DNA of 63,915 bases, filler included, from Reclinomonas americana ATCC 50394 (Eukaryota), in assembly GCA_048213135.1 (NCBI GenBank). It is 45 parts of 45 records of this genome, joined end to end, with 100 filler letters (N's around TTAATTAATTAA, not from the genome) between each part and the next. Parts side by side here need not be neighbours in the genome. Positions count along the whole stretch, not along the records: positions 35,669 to 36,994 come from AFZH01025840.1; positions 37,095 to 38,416 come from AFZH01025841.1; positions 38,517 to 39,839 come from AFZH01025842.1; positions 39,940 to 41,262 come from AFZH01025843.1; positions 41,363 to 42,684 come from AFZH01025844.1; positions 42,785 to 44,105 come from AFZH01025845.1; positions 44,206 to 45,526 come from AFZH01025846.1; positions 45,627 to 46,948 come from AFZH01025847.1; 37 more parts are not named here. One strand, written 5' to 3'. This document shows, piece by piece, positions 35,756 through 48,465 of the stretch. How positions within the stretch are numbered: position 1 is the first letter of the stretch; each line of letters starts with the position of its first letter. The translations under genes and the position numbers were made by a program. Below the pieces are notes generated by a model, which saw only the letters and a list, made by a program, of their open reading frames with translations, was not told the DNA's origin and made no database searches.

Positions 35756-36994
35756 TCATAGATCGTAGACGCGTTCTGCATTCATCGTCGATCTGCGCGG
35801 AGAGAGAGGAGACGGGGAAGTGAGACTCGTGGCATGGTCTGATTGGTTTTCGCGCGACACCACAAACCTTTGATAGAAGCGGAAGGTGGATGTGAGGACG
35901 CACGCCAGGAAGCAGCAGTCGGGATCCTCCAAAATGATCGAGAAGCGCAGCAGCGGGCAACGACATCTCATCAGTTTTCGCAGCCGGCACTTGATTGAGA
36001 AGCACAGGCGTCCGTTGGGCAGTGGCTCCATGTCAAGGAGTTCCATCTCGTCGGGGCGCACCTCGCACGAGTCGAGTGAAGTGTCGCGCGCATACGACAC
36101 GTCGTCGGAGATCACAGAGTCAGAGCTGGTATCGTCGGCCGCCAACACTCGGATACCGAAATTCACCGTCTGCAAGTTGACTTGCGGCGGCAGCATCGGC
36201 ATCTCCACCCGCACAATGTGCGTGTGAGCAGCCACCAGCTCGTTGGGATGGTCGAATTCCACGTAGTCATGCGCGCCGTGCGGTACGTGACCGTGGTCGC
36301 AGACGGAGCGAAATACGCCGCCGGTAATGGTCTCGGTTCCCAGTCGCCGTCCAGATCGGCCATTGGCGCATCACCACACTCGTCGTCAACGTCTTCGTCT
36401 TCGACGTCGTCTTCGTCGGCCATCTGGCTGTCGTGGCGATAGTCGCCACTGCCCTCGTCACCTCCATCGAGGTCTTCGTCCTCCAGCAGCTGACTGCCGT
36501 GCATGTGGTGGTGGTGTTGCATGGCCGAGTTTCTGCCGGCGCTCAGTGGCAGCTGCAGAGACGGCATCAATGGCATCAAGGCGGCGTTGCCAGCCGAGCC
36601 CACCATGCTACCGTTACTGCTGGTTGTTGTTGTTGTGGTGGTGGTGGTGGTGGTGGTAGTGGTGTTGGTGCTCGAAAGTGCGGGAGTGGAAACTGCGTCA
36701 AGTTGCGGCATGCTCCATGACCATTGTGGTGTGCCGGGCACAGCTCGACTGCTTGGCATCGACCACAGGCCGCCGCCGACCATCTCGTCGTGCACGTGCG
36801 ACGACGATGACGAGTGTTGCAGGAATTGCAGCGACTGTGCCGCCTCCAGCTGTTGTTCCAGGTGCTCGTGGAGGGGAGCGGGTACTGGCGACGAAGCCGT
36901 CGAGCCGGACGCCGATGACATAGGCGACGGCATCGGCGACGAGTGCGCCAGGTGGTGATGCTGATGATGCACGTGAGAGGTGGGGGGTACCAGT
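35756..36994 (-). CDS. Unknown protein: low-complexity His/Ser/Thr/Asp region plus beta-rich C-terminal domain, with an apparent frame break near 36270
   Basis: ORFs 36163-36972 and 35756-36262 both look coding and overlap in different frames. Confidence 0.55.
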
Positions 36995-37094
36995 NNNNNN
37001 NNNNNNNNNNNNNNNNNNNNNNNNNNNNNNNNNNNNNNTTAATTAATTAANNNNNNNNNNNNNNNNNNNNNNNNNNNNNNNNNNNNNNNNNNNN

Positions 37095-37987
37095 CACATC
37101 GTCAGCGGCAGTGCTGATACGACAGTGCGTGTGTGGTCGCTGGTGACGGGAGAGGAGGTGGGACGATTGGAGGGTCACGCTTATGGGGTGGTTTCTGTCG
37201 CCATCACTCCCGACGGACAGCACATCGTCAGTGGTAGCGTTGATAAGACAGTGCGTGTGTGGTCGCTGGTGACAGGAGAGGAGGTGGGACGGTTTGAGGG
37301 TCAAGTAGGAACGGTGCTGTGTGTTGCAGTCACTCCCGATGGTCAGCATGTTGTCAGTGGCGGCGGCCTCTTCCTGGACTTCGCAGTGCGTGTGTGGTCG
37401 ATGGCGACAGGAGAAGAAGTGCGACGGCTGGTGGGTCACACCGCCACCGTGTGGTCTGTTGCCGTCACGCCCGATGGTCAGCATGTGGTGAGTGGAGGTA
37501 CCGACATGACTGTACGGGTGTGGTCACTCACGACAGGAGAGGAGGTGCGACGGCTGAAGGGTCACCGCGGGGGAGTGATGGCAACAGGGGAGTGATGGCT
37601 GTTGCCATCACTCCCGATGGACAGCGCGTGGTGAGTGGGGGCGACGATCGCGACACGACGGTGCGCGTGTGGTCACTGGTGAGTGGCGAGGAAGTGCTAC
37701 GGTTGGAGGGGCACTCTGACACAGTGCTGTCTGTCGCCATCACTTCCGATGGACAGCATATTGTGAGTGGGGGTCGAGACGAGACCATTCGCGTGTGGTC
37801 CGCGCCGCTTGGCCTCGCTCGGCACGAACTTGATGCTGCACGGTCGGCCATGCAGGCAGTGCGCGAGATGCAAGAAGAGGGCGAAGGGGATCCACGGTGC
37901 TTGGTGGAGATTGTGCTGCGCTGCTTCCTGGTCGAGGATGCCGAGGTCGTTGTGCGTCGGTGCTTCGCCGACGACAGCCTTAGTTGA
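37095..37987 (+). pseudogene. WD40 family member with a 17-bp frameshifting duplication
   Basis: The WD frame stops at 37595 and continues in another frame to the C-terminal module; GGGGAGTGATGGC occurs at 37570 and 37587. Confidence 0.75.
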
Positions 37988-38229
37988 TAGGGCTGGCTGG
38001 TTGAGAGGCGTGTTTTTCTCTATCTCTCGATTGTCTTGTGCCATTCTCCTTGCTCAAGATGGCCCCGTTAGGTCACTCGTAATTTGTAAGCACTATAAAC
38101 ATTACTGCTGCATTGTTGTTGGTTGGCTTGATGTCCTCGAACGAGGAGAATGGCATGCGCAAAAATGAGGATGAATTTTTGTGCCCACGAAACCCACTTC
38201 TCTTCTCTTCGCCCGCGCACGCAAACACC

Positions 38230-38416
38230 ATGTCCTCACCTCGCCCGTCTCTCGTATGCAAGTGCTTGCATGGACATATTGCCGAGGTGAACTCTATCGC
38301 CGTCACGCCCGATGGCCACGTCATTGTGAGTGCCAGTGAAGACATGACTGTGCGAGTGTGGTCACTAGCGCGTGGAGATGTAGTGCGACGATTGGGGGGG
38401 CGCACCGACCTGGTGA
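38230..38416 (+). CDS. 5' end of the next tandem WD40 family gene
   Basis: MSSPRPSLVCKCLHGHIAEVNSIAVTPDG, similar to the N-terminus of 8609-9694. Confidence 0.85.
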
Positions 38417-39305
38417 NNNNNNNNNNNNNNNNNNNNNNNNNNNNNNNNNNNNNNNNNNNNTTAATTAATTAANNNNNNNNNNNNNNNNNNNNNNNNNNNN
38501 NNNNNNNNNNNNNNNNGGGGGGAAGAAAGGAGGAGGTGGCGCAACATGACACGGGCACAGCTCCTTGACCGCGCGCTGTGGAGTATGTGAGAAAAAAAGG
38601 GAGAAATGAAGAGTTGTCTTCTGCTTTTACGAACCCTCCTCGTCGCTGCGTCGTCTGCAAACGTCAGCTGCAGCGACGCCTCAACCTGGCTCTCATCTCG
38701 CGAACAGAATGCCATTCTTTTTGCACCTTTGGTTGCCTTGGCGTACCACGAAAAGAAAATAGAAAAACGAAGGTTGTGTCGCGCGAACGATTGACGGAAT
38801 TTTGTCGTGGAAACGGGGGCCGAAAATGGACTCTGGCGATTAATTATTATTTTTGCTCCTCGGCGCCACAAGTGCCACGTGGCGGGTGCAGGGAGGGTTT
38901 GGGAAAGGGGAGGGGAAAGGGAGGATGTAAGAGGCTGTTTTCCTTGCAATTCCCCGCTTGCAAAAGACAGCAGACACGGACTGCTCGAAGTGGGAACAAA
39001 CAACAGCACGAAATGCATGCCTCGAGCGCGGTGCTTTTGCAGCTCAGCTGAAGGCTTCTTTCCCACCAGTGTGGCTCTTCTATTATCCCTCACTCCGCTC
39101 AGAAAACCCCCCAGGAACCCCACAATGGAGACAGTATCGTTCTGACTCGGTGCAACTCAGTTTTCTTCCCCTCCTTACTTCAGTGTGCTTCTCTCTCCCT
39201 GCGCATTCTGCAAAGAAAACCCTGACTCGTCGACTCATTCACGTGCAAAAAAGTAATCGCCTAGTGTTACACTCCGTGCAGAGTTATTCCCTTTTCCCCA
39301 CCGTG

Positions 39306-39839
39306 TCAGTCGTCTCCCATCAAGTTTCGTGAGAGCGAATCATCGAAAAGCTCCGCAAAATCGTCTGCAGCACCCCCCATTGTCAGTCACCAGTGCACGA
39401 GCAAGAAAGTGTGCTGTGCCACAAACCGTCGACTTCGAGGCTGATAAGTGAGCGGTTGTCGCCGAGTGCGTCGGCCAATAGTCTTGCACCCTCCGCGGTG
39501 ATGCCGTTGCCTGTATGGGAGAAGGGAGTGAGCAGCTCGTCAGACGCTGGTCATTGCAGCTTTGCGCCACTCACCGGTCAAATCGAGAGACGTCAGTGAG
39601 GAGTTCGTGCGCACAGCGCCGGCCAGTGAAGCGGCACACGAGGAGCCAAGGGCAGCGTCTGCTCACGAGCGGTTTAGAAAGTGAGAGACCTCGCATAATC
39701 TTGCCATTCTCGCAACGCAACTGCCCAGCGACAGCGTCCGCAGTGACGCGGACTGTGCCAGCAAACTCGCCACGGCGTCCACGCACGAGGGGCCGAGTTC
39801 ATTGTCGGCCAGGTCGAGATGGGTGAGGGAGTGGTTGGC
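39306..39839 (-). CDS. Ribonuclease-inhibitor-type LRR protein, 3' end (3 introns)
   Basis: Spliced: NHSLTHLDLADNELGPSCVDAVASLL..SLRTLSLG|NAALG..NSSLTSLDLT|GNGITAEGARLLADALGDNRSLISL. Confidence 0.88.
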
Positions 39840-39973
39840 NNNNNNNNNNNNNNNNNNNNNNNNNNNNNNNNNNNNNNNNNNNNTTAATTAATTAANNNNN
39901 NNNNNNNNNNNNNNNNNNNNNNNNNNNNNNNNNNNNNNNCTATCCCTCTCTCTCTCTCTCTCCCCTACTCTCT

Positions 39974-41077
39974 CCCAATCCGCACCAATGAGAACGTGTC
40001 GCAAAAGCAGCGACATCTCGTCGAGGATGCCAGAGGCGTCCTTCCAAAAATCCTCCTTGACAATGACCATCTCGCCGAGCGGTGAGGCCTTGAGTGCCTC
40101 GCGTGTTGTAAGCACAGCCTTGATTTCTGCGATGGCCACAGTGAATATAGAGGGAAAAAGATTCTCAGCACACGGATAGCCGCACGAAACTTGCTACATC
40201 CTCCGTAACAGCAAAGGCCACACGCCGATTGCCTCTGCTGACGTCCTCCTGGGTCTCCGAGGGTACGACGCCCTTGGTGCCGTGACGCGCGATAAAGTCG
40301 AAGCGGCGCGGAGACACGGTGGTCGAGTGACTGACAATCGCCGAGGATTGGCTCGTCACGACAGCTGGTGCAGTGGCGGTGAAAACGCCCTGTCCATCGG
40401 GGCGCTTTGGTGGCTTGGTGGTCTTTGTTCGCAGGCCCTTGATCTCAATGTCGGCCGTGAGGACTGTGGCATTGGGCAGAGCAAATGCCAGATCCTGCGT
40501 ATTGTTGAAGAATGAGTGAGGACAAGTGGCGAAAGGCAACACGTCGCTGATAGACCTCTTCATCGGCCAGCAAGCAGCCAATCATCTCGTAGCTGTCGAC
40601 AGTGCCGGGAATCAGGGCCACCACGGGAATGAAATCGGTGTCGTCACCGTACGGTTGCTCCTGCATTCCCGCACGGTAAGAATCAGGATCGCCGATGTCG
40701 CATGCGATGAAGAAACCAACCTCATTCATGAACCGCAAGACACACTCGGAAAACTGAATGTGTCGCTCAGCCGTTCGTCGGAACTCGAGCAAGCTGATAA
40801 AGCCGTCCTTCGAAGTGCGATCGACGCGTCTGCAGGTCAACGAAAGTGAGCTTCGGCTCTGGTCAAGGATTAACAATGTTGCTTTTCTCAACTGCACGAG
40901 CAGGCGCTGCAGGAGCACGTGCGGTTCCACCACGGCCGATTTCCACGCCTTCCACGAGGCATTGCGTTCCAACTCCATCTTTTCGGCGTCCACGTCGATG
41001 GCACTCTGCGGGCCGTTCACCAGCATCTTGGCGAAGCGTGTACCGCCGTAGTGGTCCTTGAGGTGTTGAAAGAAGCC
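39974..41077 (-). CDS. Unknown protein with an EF-hand-like motif (partial, spliced)
   Basis: VDRTSKDGFISLLEFRR after the intron at donor 40892; downstream exon joins are uncertain. Confidence 0.45.
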
Positions 41078-41362
41078 CTGTGCGCGAGCAAATGTGGTGA
41101 GGACGAGAAGGGGGAAGAGGAGCGGAAAGAGAGGGAAGAGAGAGAGAGAGAGGAAGAGGAGAGGAAGAGAGGAAGAGAGAGAGAGAGAGAGAGAGAAGGA
41201 GAGAGAAGAAAGAAGAAGGAGGAGAGAGAGAGGAGAGAGAGAGAGGAGAGAGAGAGAGAGAGNNNNNNNNNNNNNNNNNNNNNNNNNNNNNNNNNNNNNN
41301 NNNNNNTTAATTAATTAANNNNNNNNNNNNNNNNNNNNNNNNNNNNNNNNNNNNNNNNNNNN

Positions 41363-41640
41363 GGAACCGAGAAGGCAATGTAGGCCGTTGCCGTCTGACC
41401 GACAGCATTGAAGGCCGACACGGCGAGAACGAGCACACTGGTGGGCCACGACACCGACGACGCAAAGATGCCGGCCGAGGTGCCGCCGGCATCGGCTACC
41501 AGCGTGAATTTGTTGTTGTCGGCGCTGGCGGCGGTGGGAGCGATCGAGTACACGTAAGAGGGGTTGGTGGTGATGGTGGCGACGCGGACATTGGCGCCCG
41601 ACCCGAGGGGGACGGAGGGGGTGACGGCGACGGGACTGGC
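41363..41640 (-). CDS. Cadherin/Ig-like exon
   Basis: VRVATITTNPSYVYSI..ADNNKFTL..LAVSAFNAVGQ after a long polypyrimidine intron. Confidence 0.5.
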
Positions 41641-43217
41641 CTGGAAGAGGAAGGATGGAGTGCCTGGTGATAGAAGGGGAAGGGGAAGGGATAAGGGGGA
41701 TGGAAGGGGAGATGAAGGGGAAGGGAGGGGAAGGGGGGGAGGGGGGAGAAGGGGGGGAAGGGGAAGGGATGGAAGGGAAAGGGATGAAGGGAATGTATGG
41801 AAGGGGAAGGGATGAAGGGGAAGGGGAGTGAAAGACTAACGGAATGAGGGGAGATGAGGGAATGGAGAGCGGAGAGGACTTCTGTCTGCTTTCAAACTCT
41901 CACTTGCCGTTTTCACTGGCAATGATTCACTCTCCTTTCTCCCTCTCTCTCTCACAAGCTCCCTCGTGCTCTCTGACGTTCGGCAGTCAGTGTGTCTCAT
42001 TGTCAAGTTCTACGCTTCATCACCTCTCTCCAGCTGTTATTCATTCTGCTCCCTTCCTGTCATTGTCTCTCTGCGTGCCTGCCTCCATTTTTCTCTCTCT
42101 CTTTGTGCCTGTTTGTCGGCATCCCTCTCTCTCATTGCTCTCTTTTTGTCTCTGTCATTTGTTCTCTCAGTCTGAGTGTATCTCTCTCTCTCTCTCGTGT
42201 CCCTCCTGCTTCCTGTTGTTCTCGCTTTCCGTCATGTCTCTTTCCTTTCTCTCAGTCCGCTGCCTGTCAGTCCCTCTCCCTCTGTGAGGGTCTCTCTCGC
42301 TTCTCACATCTGCTGTGAATATGTGTGTTCTCTCTCTTCTCTTCTTCTTCTTGTTGTGGTTTTATTCTTCTCTCGCTCCTCCTGTCCTCTCTCTATTCTC
42401 CTCTACAGTATCAGTCTGCTGTCTGTCAGCTCTCTCCACGAGTCTCTCTCACTCTCTCTCTCTCTCTCTCTCGCTGTTCTCTGTTCCTCCATCCTTGCTC
42501 TGTCTCCCTCCGTCTTCTTCTCTTGTCGCGTCTCTCTCTCTCTCTCATTCTCTCTCATCCTGCTGCTCTCTCATTCTCTTCGTCACTCCCACTCTATCTC
42601 TGTCACTCTGCGTCTCTTCTCCTTTCTCTTCTCTGCTGTTACCCACTCCCTTTCTGCCCAATCTCTCTCCTTGCTGCCTCTCTCNNNNNNNNNNNNNNNN
42701 NNNNNNNNNNNNNNNNNNNNNNNNNNNNTTAATTAATTAANNNNNNNNNNNNNNNNNNNNNNNNNNNNNNNNNNNNNNNNNNNNGTCAAACAGATCAATG
42801 GCTTCTCCCCATTTCAGCACGAGTCCAGCCACGTCCATGTTGGTGAGGTGTGGGAGGGAAGAGGGAGAGAGAGACGAGAGAGAGAATGTGTGTGGAAGAG
42901 AGGGAAAGAGTTTGCGTGTGCGTGCGTGCGCGTGTGTGCGTGGTTCTTGCTTTTTCTGCTCTGCTAGTTGGTGTGGTTGTGTGTGCGTGTGCGTGTGCGT
43001 GTGCGTGTGCGTGTGTGTGTGCGTGTATGTGAGAGAGTGTATGTGCGTGTGCGCGCGTGTGTGAGAGAGTGTGTGGTGTGCGCGATGCATGACCGCAGGA
43101 CATTTGATATATACTCGAGGGAGCATGCTGGCGTCTGCCTGCATGTCTGCGAACCCACACTCTTTTCCGCGACTCCATCGCGTCGTACAATACAATAAAA
43201 ATACAACAAGTCATTCT

Positions 43218-44044
43218 TCACCTTCGCGGCGCCGGCGGAGCCACATACGTGTGGAACCCGTATCCTTCGCCCGCATCCACGCCCTCCACTCGCACGCGGC
43301 ACACTGGACACTCGCCGCTCTTGCTTGCCAGTCGCTCTGCGCACTCCCGACACAATACCTGGTGCATGCACGGACGTAGCCGCGTCTCGCGCAGTCCGTC
43401 GCACACCATGCACGCCCGCCGACACGATAACACCGTTAGATCACTCAACTCACTCGCCAGTTGTTGCGCCGTCGGACGGCGTGCTGGTCGACCGTCCAGG
43501 CATCTGCAGATTGGTAAGTCAGCGCGTTTCCTCGCAACTCTCTCTTGGAAACACACAAGGTACCTCAGTGCCAATCGCACAATCCGCTCACACACAGGAG
43601 CCGGCCACGGTCGACCGACACCACTATCAGCCAGTTCCACAGCGGCTTTGAGCAGTGCTTCGCCATCGACGCCATCAATGTCGTCCATCTCCTCCAACGC
43701 CTCCACTCGTCGATGCACCTCCTCAATCGGAAGACCGCTGAACACTTGCAGCAGGACGAGACCGAGCGAGAACACATCCGAACTCAGTCGTAGCTGTCCG
43801 TGCATGGCCTTGGGATCGGCGTACTTTGGGTCGCCAGCAAAGTGCACTGACAGGTGCGTCTGTGGCACGAAAAAGGAGAGGGAACGGTGGATTGAGGAGA
43901 GGAAAGGGGAAGGAAGAGGCAGCGCAAGAAAGAGTCACTCACCCCCTCAGTGCGGAACCAGTGCGCCACTCCCAGGTCCGAGATGTACGCCATTCCACTG
44001 TGGTTGAACAGAATGTTGGCTGGCTTCAAGTCACGATGGATCAC
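43218..44044 (-). CDS. IRAK/Pelle/RLCK-like kinase with C-terminal RING finger (3' part, 2 introns)
   Basis: IHRDLKPANIL..ISDLGVA; THLS..AGDPKYADP; SDVFSLGLVLLQ; WPAPVCERIVRLALRCL..RRP; CMVC..PCMHQVLCRECAERL..CPVCR. Confidence 0.85.
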
Positions 44045-44205
44045 TGAGAGAGGAAGAGAGAGAAAGTGAGTGAGTGGAACGAAATGAGCAGAGGACGGAG
44101 GACAGNNNNNNNNNNNNNNNNNNNNNNNNNNNNNNNNNNNNNNNNNNNNTTAATTAATTAANNNNNNNNNNNNNNNNNNNNNNNNNNNNNNNNNNNNNNN
44201 NNNNN

Positions 44206-45526
44206 ATCAGTGGTGTCTTGCCAGAGCCAGAGGTTGTGGTCGTCAGTCGCTGCGCCACTTTGCCAATCTGGGTGTGTGAGCCAACTGCAACCACCACGCC
44301 GACACCGGAGCCCTGGCCGACCCAAGTCTGGCGAAACGCCATGTTGGTACGATCGCCGAGGGCCACGTGCCCTGTCGGATCGTCTATCGGTGCAATGGTC
44401 TTGTGTACGGGCTTCGATTCTCCCGTCAACGCTGCTTCCTCAACGTCCAAGCGCGTGGCCTCCAGCACGCGCAAGTCGGCGGGCACCTGGTCGCCAGCGC
44501 GGAGTTCAACTAGGTCACCGACCACCACATCCTTGACGTCGATGGTGATGACGACGTTGTCACGGCGCACGCGCGCAGAGCCGTGCGCGAGAGAACGAAT
44601 TGCTGTCATGGACTGCTCGGAGCGCACCTCCTGCCAGGCTCCAATAGTGCCATTGAGCAAAATGACAGCGACCACCACGGCTGCCTCGAGATATTCGCGC
44701 GTGACCATTGAAAGAACAAAGACAGCGGCCAGAATGGCTGCAGCATCGATCTTAGAACCCAGTTCGAGCCGGGGAAGAACTGGGAAAGCAGACCAAACCT
44801 GACATCCAGTTGACGAACTGAGGTATGACAATGGCCCAGAAGCTGCGTGACTTGCCCTCTTGAAGCGCGTTGCTGCCAAACCGTGTACGTTGATCGTCAA
44901 TGGACAAACGCGAGAGACCGCGAGTGGCATTGCCGTGTACCATGGCGAGGCACTCCGACACGCTCATGGTGTGGAAAGGCACATTGGGGTCATACGGCGC
45001 CGACTCGCTCGGTTGCACCGCGGAAGGAGATACCGGTACCAACTGCAATGCTACAGCCATGTGCGCTGGAGGAGGCTCCATTGCCCGCTCCAATCGCTCC
45101 AGCTCCAACGGGTCAATACTCAGTGGATCCACCTCGAAGGCGGCGGTTGCGGAAACCGCGACTGGCGGCTCACTGACGTTGAACACTGGCGGCATCACAG
45201 GCCAGCTCTGCATCGCCTCCAATGGCGGAGGTGATGATCCGTCTTGATCGCGCGACAGCGCCGCGGGCGAGTCGGCGGCGTCGACTAATTTGGGATCGAG
45301 CCCTTGAGGGGCATCCTCCTGGTGGTCGGCAAATTGCACCAGACGGACTTGACGTAGACGCAGTGCCTGAGCAGCAGTAGAAGCAGCAGCAGGAGCAGGA
45401 GCAGGAGCCGCAGCTGACGGCGATGCCATTTCCTTTTCGGCCGCATCAGGTGGGCGCGAGTGTCCACGACCAGGAGTTGATGCAGCCACAGTCACAGTCG
45501 TCACAGCAGTTGATCCAGATTCATTT
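44206..45526 (-). CDS. P-type II cation ATPase, probably ENA/IID-like, N-terminal part
   Basis: RFGSNAL; LNGTIGAWQEVRSEQSMTAIRSL; GDQVPADLR; EAALTGES; DRTNMAF; TQIGK; KTPL. Confidence 0.88.
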
Positions 45527-45671
45527 NNNNNNNNNNNNNNNNNNNNNNNNNNNNNNNNNNNNNNNNNNNNTTAATTAATTAANNNNNNNNNNNNNNNNNN
45601 NNNNNNNNNNNNNNNNNNNNNNNNNNGATGGAGAAGGAAGAATGTACGCTGCGTCAAGCAGGCTAAACACA

Positions 45672-46760
45672 CCTTGGCATCCTCGACTCCGGTGCGCTGG
45701 AAAAACTGCTTGAATTCATCAAGAGAGCGGTAAGCAGCGGCACCAGCAACGAGGCACTCATTGCTGATTCTGCTGGTGATACTGGAGAGGGCCGAGTTGA
45801 TTCTCGACGCAATCTGCACGATGCAGTTGATCGGCTTACTTTACGCGCACACACAAGACGGAGGGAGTGTATGTGCGTGTGTCTATGGGAGAGAAAAAAA
45901 AGAAGAGAGAGAGAGAGAGAAAAAAACGACGTCCAAGCAGCGTACCTTCCCGGCAACCTCCTTCGCCCCGTCATAAGTCTCTACAATAGCCCTATACTTT
46001 GACAGCCTGGGCGTGTTCATCACAGTTTCCTGGATGAGGTCGGAGTCCTTCTTGTGCCAGCGTCCGAGTGTCGCAAAGTCACCACTGTCAAGGCTGCGGC
46101 GGATTGAAAAGCGCGCCACGGCGGCAATGGCTTCCTGCGCCGCGATGAAGTGAGAGAGTGGTCCACACGCGCACGATGAGCAGCAATCGGCATCAATCGA
46201 ACGACACAAACCACTGCCTTGCTGTCCAGCGTGGCAACCGTCTCACATGCTGCGTGCCGCATCGCCTCAATGTCCTCGCACATCTTGGTGATCTTGCTCA
46301 CAATCACGTTTGTGGTCTTGGTCAACTTGGTCTGCTCCGTGACCACCGACGCCAACAGCTTGGTTGCGTCTGCCAGCTGTTTGACAATTTGTGCGTTGAC
46401 AACCATCAGTACTTCGGTGCGGTTCTTCTCCTTGCAGTGGCCCTCCTCGGTAAACAGGCCAAGGGCACGAACATCGTCACTGTCCGTGGGGACACCGGCA
46501 TTGCACAGGTACTGCGACATGGATCGCCTCTTGAAGGGCGGCTGCGAGCCATCGTTGTCTTCGAAGCCGTGGGCTCCTCGCTTGCGAGCAGACACAGGCA
46601 TGTGGGGACCTAAACCACCGCCACCCACAATGGCGTTCCTCTCATCATTATCATCATCTCCTGTAATGAAGATGCGCAGGAGTTTTAGCAACGTTCGACA
46701 ACGTTACCCAACTGCAAACGACGCACGCAACTGCTGTAGGAGCTTCCGCCTGAGCTGGAG
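45672..46760 (-). CDS. Unknown multi-exon protein
   Basis: Long open exons with GT-AG boundaries; no family recognised. Confidence 0.45.
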
Positions 46761-47048
46761 CGCAGAGCAGCCGGCGAGAATGGCGCCGCTGCCGTGGCCT
46801 CGGGGATGGAGTCGCTGTTTTCATCATCAAACCGTAAGCTCATGATGATGAATCGAGTACGCGCTGCGGTACATTAGTACACTGCTCGAACGTGAGCAGC
46901 CCTTCTCTACACATGTTTCCCTCCTCATCTGACGTCTCCTCTCCATCTNNNNNNNNNNNNNNNNNNNNNNNNNNNNNNNNNNNNNNNNNNNNTTAATTAA
47001 TTAANNNNNNNNNNNNNNNNNNNNNNNNNNNNNNNNNNNNNNNNNNNN

Positions 47049-47592
47049 TACAGACCGTGCACGATCGGGCACGCTGTGCGACACCTCCAGTCCCTGTCAC
47101 CACCACCACCACTGCCCGTCAGCGCAACGCATTGACAGCTGACGAGCAAGCAGGAGGAGAGCACAACTGTGATGAGATCCCAGTCGATCTCGTACCGCGC
47201 TCGCACAAAGAACGTGGGCCGGTTGCCCAGCACATCGTCGAACCAGGTCTCCTGTCGAAACCGCGTGTCGCCACCCTCCTCAAAGAACCGAAACTCGAGG
47301 ATCACATGCCTATGTCAATGTGAGTATAACAACATGCATTCGAGAGACAGAGGGTGATCGCACCGGCGATCAGTGGCCAAGCCAAACCACACATTGCGAT
47401 AGAACTTGCCACCAGAGGCACCCACCGACATGAGTCTGTGAGCGTGAGAGAGTGAGCGAGTGAGAGCATTGAGAGAAGACAAGAAGAGAAGGCAGCGCAC
47501 CGGAAAAACGAGGCCGCATCGAGCTCCCGCTGTGCACACGCATGCTCACTGAGCAGCACGAGGTTGGCCACATCGCGTGGCAACTCGCCCAT
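47049..47592 (-). CDS. Unknown membrane protein, 5' part
   Basis: Spliced MGELPRDV..|WVPLVASSIAMCGLAWPLIA|HVILEFRFFEEGGD.. Confidence 0.45.
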
Positions 47593-47672
47593 GACAAACA
47601 ACGAGTGAGAGGAACGAGATATGTAAGAAGTCGCGCGTCCTCTGTCCTTTCGTTCTGTGTCTGTCTGTGAGG

Positions 47673-48193
47673 ATGGCGTCGTCCGCGGCCGCTGCAGGCA
47701 TGTCCAGTGCGTGTGTGGACGCGGGAGTGGTGGAGGTGCCTGTGGCCACTGTGGACACGTGCAGTGGTGATGTGAATGGCGTGACAGTGTGCGCACATCG
47801 TGTGCTGTCGGGCGACGATGTCGCACAAGTGCATCAGCAACTGAGTGAGGCACTGGAGCCACTCGGCTTCGAGTGTGATCCCTTTCTGGTTTGCCACGAG
47901 TGAGAGTGTTGTGTGCAAGGAGAGACTGATGGATTGCTTGTTTGCAGGCGGGGTGGTATCATTCGTATGTGTCGGAGGAGTATGTGCTGCCGGTGGATGA
48001 CTCGACGCTGTGTTTCATTGTGCTTAGCACGCCTCGTATGTTTGATGCGTCGTTCAAGCCGTTTGTGTGCGCGCATCGACCGCGGCGAGATGCGATGGAT
48101 GAGTGCATGAAGCATGTGCTGGGCGGCACGGTGGTGCGCACGCTGGCCTCCAAGTTCAGTCAGATGGAGGTCGTGTATGAGTTTGAGATGCAG
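47673..48193 (+). CDS. MMACHC: Cobalamin-processing protein CblC/MMACHC, 5' part
   Basis: LEPLGFECDPFL|AGWY..LPVDDSTLCFIVLSTPRMFDASFKPF..DAMDECM. Confidence 0.9.
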
Positions 48194-48302
48194 GTGAGCG
48201 TGTGTGGAATCCCCCCTTACATGTAGATTTGTGTCATGGCTTGTAGATGTGCCATGCTCGAGGAGAGAACTGTGGTGACACATTGACATAGAGGGAGAGA
48301 GA

Positions 48303-48340
<38 letters not shown>

Positions 48341-48465
48341 AGAAGAAGAACAGAAGAGAGAGGAGNNNNNNNNNNNNNNNNNNNNNNNNNNNNNNNNNNN
48401 NNNNNNNNNTTAATTAATTAANNNNNNNNNNNNNNNNNNNNNNNNNNNNNNNNNNNNNNNNNNNN

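Noticed and set aside
40445..41026. ODC antizyme (SKDGFISLLEF resembles SKESF..LLEF)
   Set aside because: The downstream antizyme motifs and +1 frameshift site are not evident; an EF-hand-like loop fits as well.
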